From IMG/VR virus record IMGVR_UViG_3300021142_000121, positions 1 to 31,414 of that record: a stretch of DNA of 31,414 nt. One strand, 5' to 3'. The number at the start of each line of letters is the position of its first letter. The first letter of the stretch is position 1. The translations under genes and the position numbers were made by a program. Below, in pieces: positions 25,604 to 31,414 of this stretch. Below the pieces are notes generated by a model. It made no database searches. It saw nothing but the letters and a program-made list of their open reading frames with translations, and was not told the DNA's origin. The DNA comes from a virus. Its lineage: Duplodnaviria; Caudoviricetes.

Positions 25604-25777
25604 ATGGATATAACCTATAAAGACGGAATTTATTATTGCGCCAATAAACAAGCCTTAATTAGTCATTTAAATGAGATTAAGAAAAATATTGATTATATGC
25701 GATCACCTTATATTGATATTGTTTTAAACCATGAAAACATTTATGAGGGGGAAATTAGAACCTACGGATTAGATTAG
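25604..25777 (+). CDS. Small hypothetical protein (57 aa)
   Basis: GAGG SD. MDITYKDGIYYCANKQALISHLNEIKKNIDYMRSPYIDIVLNHENIYEGEIRTYGLD. Confidence 0.65.
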   Translation: MDITYKDGIYYCANKQALISHLNEIKKNIDYMRSPYIDIVLNHENIYEGEIRTYGLD

Positions 25778-25786
25778 ATTAAATAA

Positions 25787-26445
25787 AGCCTTTAGTTAGT
25801 CTTTTACTTCTTTAAATGATACCTCCAGGCTTTCAGGCTTGGGGGTTATATCTTTAGCCTTTAGTGTAATATCTCTTAGTTTATCTGCTAAAGAATCAAT
25901 GTTTACATTACTTATTTGTGTCGGTAGGTTAGAAAGTAATTGATTAGCCTTTAGTGTAGTATCTGCAATGGCAGCCAAGTGGTTTGCCCTTACCTTGATT
26001 CTAACGTGGCCATGTTCTTTGTCGAATATCTCGTCTCCATTGTCTAATCGGTCTTCTAGTTCGGAATATGTCCTATCTAATATCTTTCTTTGTTTAGCCT
26101 TTAGTTCCTCTTTATAGTTTTGTAGCATATCTTCTGCGGCACTTACCCACCAATCAGCGTCTTTCCATGTCACTAATGTAACGTATGGTATATCGTGCTT
26201 TCGGCTTACTTCGGCTAGATTCCCAGACAATAGATAATCCGAGATGACTTGTAGCCTCTTCTCTTGTGGATAAGTAGAAGATACATCTTTGGGCATAAAT
26301 TTAGCTTGCCACTCTTGATAAGTCATCTTTGAGCCTTTAGTGGTCATGATTCTTCCCCCAATGGGCAATCAATAAAGCCTCTGCTAAGTTATGATCCTTT
26401 TTCTTCATTTTTTCTAGTTTAAATATCTCTTGACAAGCCTTTAGT
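25787..26445. repeat. Six exact direct copies of AGCCTTTAGT
   Basis: Copies start at 25787, 25856, 25946, 26096, 26332 and 26436. Copies 2 and 3 extend to TTAGCCTTTAGTGTA. Confidence 0.9.
25796..26347 (-). CDS. Putative terminase small subunit (HTH + helical oligomerisation region)
   Basis: GNLAEVSRKHDIPYVTLVTW HTH followed by coiled helices. Start placed at ATG 26347 after a GGGGG SD. No other TerS candidate next to terL. Confidence 0.6.
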   Translation of the reverse strand: MTTKGSKMTYQEWQAKFMPKDVSSTYPQEKRLQVISDYLLSGNLAEVSRKHDIPYVTLVTWKDADWWVSAAEDMLQNYKEELKAKQRKILDRTYSELEDRLDNGDEIFDKEHGHVRIKVRANHLAAIADTTLKANQLLSNLPTQISNVNIDSLADKLRDITLKAKDITPKPESLEVSFKEVKD

Positions 26446-26789
26446 GAATCCTCTTTAGAACTTATTTTAAGCGATTTTTTCCAAACTTGAGGGGTAACGT
26501 AGTATGTAGTGATTTCTAACGCCCCTAAGACCCCTCTAATCGAGCCGTAGGTGTCTCCAAATGAGAATACTGAACTCACTCCTTGCATAGGTCTAGCTGA
26601 TACCTGTTCCATGAAGCAAATAGAGTCTTTAAATGGTCTTAAAATACGTGCTAATTCTATGGTATTAACTTGACGCTTAATAAACCCATTTTTAGGCTCA
26701 CTTGGAATTGTCTCTAGTAATTCAATCGCATTACCATTGATAATGGCTATTCCGCCGTCTAAGCCTGGATCAATACCTAAAATGTTCAT
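26337..26789 (-). CDS. RuvC-like Holliday junction resolvase
   Basis: ILGIDPG, FMEQV, SVFSFG..YG, VTPQVWKK, AEALLIA. Confidence 0.85.
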   Translation of the reverse strand: MNILGIDPGLDGGIAIINGNAIELLETIPSEPKNGFIKRQVNTIELARILRPFKDSICFMEQVSARPMQGVSSVFSFGDTYGSIRGVLGALEITTYYVTPQVWKKSLKISSKEDSLKACQEIFKLEKMKKKDHNLAEALLIAHWGKNHDH

Positions 26790-27127
26790 ATTTCTGAATA
26801 CTCTCTATTGCACCCAGCTAAAGGGTTTACTGTTAAATGCTGGTTAACTAATAGCCAATGGTAAGTCTTAGACATGGCTAAATACCATTTTTCTTTCTTA
26901 TCTAAATAAGTGTTTTTTGACTGATCTATGTCCATGTGGCACTTATAACATAAAAAGGCTATGTAGGAATCATCTGCTTTTCTTCCCATTCCCTTACCAT
27001 GTTCGCTATAATTACTATGGGCTGATACAGTTGTTCCAATGGAATTACATAAACTGCAAGGGGCATCTTTTGCCAATGCTAATAGTTTAGGGTTTCTGTA
27101 AGGCTTAACTTTGAGATATGAAGTCAT
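26786..27127 (-). CDS. DUF1364/YbcO-like zinc-binding putative nuclease
   Basis: Start at 27127 (ATGA overlap). LL.LA...PCSLC...TVSAHSN...GMGRKADD..AFLCYKCH. Confidence 0.75.
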   Translation of the reverse strand: MTSYLKVKPYRNPKLLALAKDAPCSLCNSIGTTVSAHSNYSEHGKGMGRKADDSYIAFLCYKCHMDIDQSKNTYLDKKEKWYLAMSKTYHWLLVNQHLTVNPLAGCNREYSEI

Positions 27128-27441
27128 ACGTTTATCTCCATTTTTGCCATTGTCTGCCATACTGAAATCTTAACTTTGGCGGCTTCAATTAAGAATCTTA
27201 TCTTTTCATCTTCATAAATAGCCTGTTTCATATCCTCTAAATGTGTAATATATTCTACATTTTTGTAGGCTTCACGTTCCTGAGCATTTACGGCTAAATC
27301 TTGGTGCTGGCTCATAATTTGAGCCTTTAATGACTTTCTGTATTCTTCTAAATAGATTCTATTGGCACGATTTTGAGCAGCTTCTTTTGCTGAATCAATT
27401 AAAAAGTGTAATGCCCTCTCGATTTCTTCAGTCGTAATCAT
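27124..27441 (-). CDS. Conserved helical phage protein (possibly recombination-associated)
   Basis: Start at ATG 27441 with a GGAG SD. EEYRKSLKA...QEREAY...VWQT. Function uncertain. Confidence 0.65.
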   Translation of the reverse strand: MITTEEIERALHFLIDSAKEAAQNRANRIYLEEYRKSLKAQIMSQHQDLAVNAQEREAYKNVEYITHLEDMKQAIYEDEKIRFLIEAAKVKISVWQTMAKMEINV

Positions 27442-27515
27442 TACCATTTCTCCCACATGATTGCCACTAAAATTCCTACTGCTACCCCTAATAAATACAA
27501 TCCTATCCCTATCAT
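27441..27515 (-). CDS. Single-TM micro-peptide (24 aa)
   Basis: MIGIGLYLLGVAVGILVAIMWEKW. ATGA overlap with the GT stop, TAATG overlap with the next start, GGGG SD. Confidence 0.6.
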   Translation of the reverse strand: MIGIGLYLLGVAVGILVAIMWEKW

Positions 27516-28168
27516 ACTTCCCCCTTGTTTGCGATTCTTACATATTCTTCAAAATTACCGTCCCACCTTTTTTTACCAATGTGTGATACTGATATTTCAG
27601 GGTGAACATATACCTTACCACCTAGTTCTCTCCACTTATGACAAAATGCGACATCTTCACCCACTAATTCACCGTTAATAATCTTGGTCTCAAAGACATG
27701 ACGTAGCTCTTTCTTGCCATCCATGTATTTTTCTGAGTTTTCCCACATTTTGACAATACAATTACGAGACATTCTTAAAAAGCCTGTTCCAATCCCTCTA
27801 GCATTGATTAAAGTATGTTCAAACTCGAATTTAGGCTCAAATGTCTTGACGTTGTAATGTATCTTATCATTCTTACTGACTACTGCACCACCTATTAGGT
27901 CTACCATAGGGCTAATAAGGTTTCCGAAGTCTCTTTGTGTCCATGCTTGGTCTGAATCAATAAATACTAAGTCATCTACTTCATTTTCATATGCCATTCT
28001 AAATAGTTCGTCTCGTGCCTTTTGAATGAGACTACACCCTACAACAGATTTTAAGGTAAGTTGAATGTCATTCATCATACATAATTCCATTGTCTGAAAT
28101 ACTGATTGCATAAAGTCTAATTCGACCTTGCCGTCATAAACAGGCGTTCCAATCATAATGTGTCTCAT
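27512..28168 (-). CDS. GT-A fold glycosyltransferase
   Basis: IGTPVY, SLIQKARD, FIDSD (DxD), GTGFL, GEDVAFC..W...GG.VY, SHIG. Confidence 0.85.
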   Translation of the reverse strand: MRHIMIGTPVYDGKVELDFMQSVFQTMELCMMNDIQLTLKSVVGCSLIQKARDELFRMAYENEVDDLVFIDSDQAWTQRDFGNLISPMVDLIGGAVVSKNDKIHYNVKTFEPKFEFEHTLINARGIGTGFLRMSRNCIVKMWENSEKYMDGKKELRHVFETKIINGELVGEDVAFCHKWRELGGKVYVHPEISVSHIGKKRWDGNFEEYVRIANKGEV

Positions 28169-28776
28169 TTAAACCACTCCCTATAATATTTGTTACGATT
28201 TTCTTTAATCCATGCTTTAGAATCTTCCGTCAGTTGCTCAAAGTCATGCCCTATGGTTTGACTGCCCACATGATGAACATAAGCTCTACTGACAAAGTGC
28301 GTATAACCTAGATTATTGAGGTCTTGGCACATCACATCATCTGAATACCAATTTAAAGGAGGAAATGGTGCATCAAAGAACGCTTCTTTAGAAATATACG
28401 CAAATAATGGCGATATAACAGGGCAAGTAATAATTTCTTTAGGGATATTGTTTTGAATGGATTGATAGGGTCTTACAACGTCTGCTCTAGCAGCCACAAA
28501 TCCTATTTTATAGTCCTGAGTCTTAATGTATTCGACATCTTGCAATAATGTTCTATATGTGTCTGGTCGCAACACAATGTCATCATTCGCAATAATAATC
28601 TCATCAAAGTCCTTAAATGCTGAATCCATAATCTCGTTATAAACGTCTCCAAAGTTGTTTCCAGAGATATTAAATAACATGAGGTCTACTTCAGGACAAT
28701 ATGCTTTTATACTAGCCGTAAATACCTCTAAATGAGGCTGTGAGACATCTTTAGTTGAAACGACAATAGGAATCAT
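28165..28776 (-). CDS. GT2-like glycosyltransferase
   Basis: Start at 28776 (MIPIVVST, ATGA overlap). FG..YN, IANDD, WYSDD..C..L...GY, VHHVGSQT. Confidence 0.85.
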   Translation of the reverse strand: MIPIVVSTKDVSQPHLEVFTASIKAYCPEVDLMLFNISGNNFGDVYNEIMDSAFKDFDEIIIANDDIVLRPDTYRTLLQDVEYIKTQDYKIGFVAARADVVRPYQSIQNNIPKEIITCPVISPLFAYISKEAFFDAPFPPLNWYSDDVMCQDLNNLGYTHFVSRAYVHHVGSQTIGHDFEQLTEDSKAWIKENRNKYYREWFK

Positions 28777-29012
28777 TGGATGATGACCTTTTTCGTCTCT
28801 AATGGCTCTTCTTTTGGTTTTAACCATTCTTGACGTTGCTTTAAGAACTCTTTAGCAAACGCAAATCCAATAGCCGTAATCTGTTGTGTTGGTGCATCTA
28901 GGTTTTTGGCTAAATCAGAGGCTATCATTGCCCCCATAATTTCCATTGCTACAAGGTCTGACATCATAGCCTGTTCCATAGGGAAATCGAGAATAGGTTT
29001 ATCTTGACTCAT
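28773..29012 (-). CDS. Hypothetical protein (79 aa)
   Basis: D.VAM.IM.A.I.....AF.FA..FL.QR pattern. Coupled to neighbours. Confidence 0.7.
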   Translation of the reverse strand: MSQDKPILDFPMEQAMMSDLVAMEIMGAMIASDLAKNLDAPTQQITAIGFAFAKEFLKQRQEWLKPKEEPLETKKVIIQ

Positions 29013-29142
29013 GTTCGTATCCTAACTTAGTTTTCAAACGATTTAACTCGTAACGTAACATTTCTATTGTTTCATCACGTTCCTCTAACTTCTTTATTAA
29101 ACTATCTATTATTTCTGCTACGTAATTTTTTTCTGCTGTCAT
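28999..29142 (-). CDS. Small coiled-coil protein (47 aa)
   Basis: GGAGAGG SD. MTAEKNYVAEIIDSLIKKLEERDETIEMLRYELNRLKTKLGYEHESR. Confidence 0.65.
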   Translation of the reverse strand: MTAEKNYVAEIIDSLIKKLEERDETIEMLRYELNRLKTKLGYEHESR

Positions 29143-29305
29143 TTTCCTCTCCAGCTTCAAATTGAACATATACACCCTCTCTACTGCCTACCTTATACTG
29201 CCCTTCTTCTGCATACAACACTTTTACATCTATCTCACTTCTAATCCAATCAATCAGTTTCGCTGTCTCTGGCATGAGTGATCGGTTTTTGCTTTTCTTG
29301 TCCAT
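29102..29305 (-). CDS. Hypothetical protein (67 aa)
   Basis: MPETAKLID..R....VKVLYAEEG...G pattern, GGAAG SD. Confidence 0.65.
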   Translation of the reverse strand: MDKKSKNRSLMPETAKLIDWIRSEIDVKVLYAEEGQYKVGSREGVYVQFEAGEENDSRKKLRSRNNR

Positions 29306-29408
29306 ATCTAACTTCCAAGATGCGTGCTATCTCTGCACCTGTTAATTGACTATTAAAATAGGTGGTCTTAAACATTAAAATAAGTGTTTCTATATCTACA
29401 AATATCAT
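29250..29408 (-). CDS. Hypothetical protein (52 aa)
   Basis: ATGA overlap with the primase stop. MIFVDIETLILMFKTTYFNSQLTGAEIARILEVRYGQEKQKPITHARDSETD. Confidence 0.5.
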   Translation of the reverse strand: MIFVDIETLILMFKTTYFNSQLTGAEIARILEVRYGQEKQKPITHARDSETD

Positions 29409-30205
29409 TTTTTAAATCGCACTTTTTCTTGGTCAATTTTAGGTTCATACCTCATCATACTTTTGGCAATCTGCCATACTTCTAATTCATTTAATGGGGG
29501 GTGACATCTCTCTAAATTCTCTGCGTGTAAGCATGACACTATTCCTTTATAACTTACACCTCGTGATCTGAGCATCCCTCCAATACTACAAAGATAAGCA
29601 TTACGTAGTCCAGGCCCTAATTTCTCAGCCACATACTCTAAATGCTCATTCTCGTTGAGTAAGTTTAACATCCATTGTGGAGGTTTGACAATGGGACAAT
29701 TTTCAGGCTCAGAACTAGCTTCCCATTCATATCTACCCAACAATCCCTGACTAGGTGCTGCAACTATGTAGCCTCCATCTCCTCGTGTATCAATTCCTCT
29801 GCCAAGTTTACCTGCCGTTGTTCTAAAGTTCTCATCATGTTGGAAGATAATGTGTCTTCCTTTAGATTGAGTAATAGCCTCGACTGTGTCAGGAATTTTC
29901 GTATATTTTGTTGTAAGTTCATCTAAACTTTCCTCTCCTCCATGTTTAGGGTCTATATCAACGACTGATATACCTGATATAGCACCTGTTGCGATTCCTA
30001 TGTTGGCTTTAGGCCAATGTTTAAACCATGTATTGATGGTATCTTTGTCTTTTGTAGCACTCTTTAGTCCATTCATGGTCTGTGGGTGTTTTCCAGCACT
30101 ATGACAGCCTGGTTTACCACACGTGCATTGTCCTTTTATCACCGAATGTAGTGGTAAGACTGCCCAGCCACGTTCGGCATATTGTATTGCTTGTTCAAGT
30201 AACAT
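29405..30205 (-). CDS. Bifunctional DNA primase/polymerase (Prim-Pol) with PriCT-1 domain
   Basis: GWAVLPL, CTCG..C..GKHP, ANIGIATG, VVDID, GRH, GIDTRGDGGYIVAAPS. C-terminal GLRN..L..G...PPL..EV..IA.S. Confidence 0.9.
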   Translation of the reverse strand: MLLEQAIQYAERGWAVLPLHSVIKGQCTCGKPGCHSAGKHPQTMNGLKSATKDKDTINTWFKHWPKANIGIATGAISGISVVDIDPKHGGEESLDELTTKYTKIPDTVEAITQSKGRHIIFQHDENFRTTAGKLGRGIDTRGDGGYIVAAPSQGLLGRYEWEASSEPENCPIVKPPQWMLNLLNENEHLEYVAEKLGPGLRNAYLCSIGGMLRSRGVSYKGIVSCLHAENLERCHPPLNELEVWQIAKSMMRYEPKIDQEKVRFKK

Positions 30206-31414
30206 CTAAGCCCTCTTCTTTGAAAATGCAATTAGTCTATGTTTTACAAAATTTTGTGTTTCTAAACTTGGCTCTAAAGTATATTCCTTGAGTCCTTTAG
30301 GCCATACTCCAAACTTATTCCTATACATATTTGCAGCAAATCCCTTTTTATAAGGTTTGAATACTTCTATATGGAGAAGTTCTGAATATGTCTTTTGTTT
30401 GTCTTGAGTGGTAATCTTCCTGCCGACTTCAATAAGTTCACCTTTTTCCGTAATAATGCCAGTATCTGTTTTCTTTGGCGCAAAGCCGCATAACGGACAC
30501 TTGAACGTCTTAGGAGGTTTAACAAATGCACAAGATGAACAGATTGTAACTTCCTCTTTTTTCTTAACACTACTTTCTTTCTTTTTCTTTTGTCCATCAT
30601 CTAACTCCTGTGGTAAATCATCCGTCACAAAACCATGTTGCTCAGTATTCCCTGCATGGTCTAAAATAATAGCATCAACTTTGCTTTCATGGGTTCTTAA
30701 TACCCTACCTGCCTGTTGGATATATAACATGAGACTTTTTGTAGGTCGTGCCATAATGAGACAACTAGCTTCAGGATAATCAAAGCCCTTATCTAATATG
30801 CCCACATTAAACAATACCCTTATATACCCATCTTTAAAGTCTTTTACTTTCTGTTCTCTCTCACTTTTAGGCATATATGAGTCTATGTGTTCAGCCCTAA
30901 TTCCTCGATTGCGAAACTCATGACAGATAGCCTGACTATGAATGACGTTGACACCAAATCCTATGGTTGGGCGATTCTCTCCGAGTTTTACCCAAGTATC
31001 TACAATATCACCGATGAGTTTTGGCTTATTAACTCTGGCGAACAGTTCTTTTTCGTCATAATCGCCTCCGATCATCTTCAGTCTGGTCAAGTCTGGTTTA
31101 CTTGGTGCGAAGACTTTGGTGGGGACAAGATAACCTTCGTTTGTCAAATCAATGGTAGTAGCTCCTACCACTAAGTCAGAATATAATTTACCTAATCCCT
31201 TTGTAAATGGTGTAGCACTTAGTCCTATAAATACAGCATCAGGCAACGCTTGCATCATCTTTTTATGGACTCCATACGCAACGTGACATTCATCAATAAT
31301 GACTAAATCTGCATGAGGAATAGAACGTCTAGCTAATGTCTGAGGAGAACATATTTGATTGATGCTATGAGGCTCATAACGTGGGTGTGATGCCATGATA
31401 ATGCCATGTGGTAT
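30206..31414 (-). CDS. SF2 DExH helicase with C-terminal Zn finger (5' end outside window)
   Basis: IIDECH, GLSATP, GFDYP, ARPTKS..YIQQAGRVLR, CSSC..CPLC. Frame open to the window edge (IPHGIIMASH). Confidence 0.92.
   Translation of the reverse strand: MPHGIIMASHPRYEPHSINQICSPQTLARRSIPHADLVIIDECHVAYGVHKKMMQALPDAVFIGLSATPFTKGLGKLYSDLVVGATTIDLTNEGYLVPTKVFAPSKPDLTRLKMIGGDYDEKELFARVNKPKLIGDIVDTWVKLGENRPTIGFGVNVIHSQAICHEFRNRGIRAEHIDSYMPKSEREQKVKDFKDGYIRVLFNVGILDKGFDYPEASCLIMARPTKSLMLYIQQAGRVLRTHESKVDAIILDHAGNTEQHGFVTDDLPQELDDGQKKKKESSVKKKEEVTICSSCAFVKPPKTFKCPLCGFAPKKTDTGIITEKGELIEVGRKITTQDKQKTYSELLHIEVFKPYKKGFAANMYRNKFGVWPKGLKEYTLEPSLETQNFVKHRLIAFSKKRA

Larger units (their letters stand above)
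24381..25606 (+). repeat. Recurring gene-junction motif TAAGGGG(G)-W-rich-(TTAATC)ATG
   Basis: TAAGGGG at 24382, 24520, 24878, 25111 and 25212. TTAATCATG at 24529, 25222, 25437 and 25598. Confidence 0.8.

Noticed and set aside
24381-25606. Junction repeats as a CRISPR array or integron attC sites
   Set aside because: Repeats are short, degenerate and non-palindromic, 'spacers' are whole ORFs of variable length, and there is no cas or integrase gene.
27457-31174. + strand and nested ORFs over the GT, primase and helicase genes
   Set aside because: Antisense or alternate-frame shadows of motif-rich genes.
1-31414. tRNA genes, stop-codon recoding, introns/inteins
   Set aside because: No tRNA T-arm/cloverleaf was seen in the gaps. 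Core genes are full-length and uninterrupted under the standard code.

Overview
A ~31-kb, AT-rich segment of a tailed dsDNA phage with podovirus (P22/BPP-1-style) virion genes, with no flanking host genes, integrase, tRNA or CRISPR visible. Almost everything is on the minus strand. Reading right to left: SF2 helicase (truncated), primase-polymerase, small ORFs, two tandem GT-A glycosyltransferases, nucleases (DUF1364-like, RuvC-like) and a TerS-like HTH protein. Then come an oppositely oriented (+) array of eight tiny, tightly packed ORFs and a ~620-bp non-coding control region. The late operon follows: TerL, portal, GroES, scaffold, decoration protein, major capsid, fibre/collar proteins, two beta-helix tailspikes, a C1q-like fibre with an XkdW-like partner, adaptor, gp10-like nozzle, GNAT and ejection proteins (last one truncated). 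The most notable unexplained signals are: (1) six exact same-orientation copies of the 10-mer AGCCTTTAGT in ~660 bp across the terS-like gene, not tied to one reading frame; (2) a near-consensus LexA/SOS box in the divergent control region; (3) a cassette-like micro-gene array joined by a recurring TAAGGGGG-TTT-TAATCATG motif; (4) an M15-like peptidase domain inside an ejection protein; (5) a GT pair coupled to a 24-aa membrane peptide. All family calls come from motif recognition by eye, not database searches.
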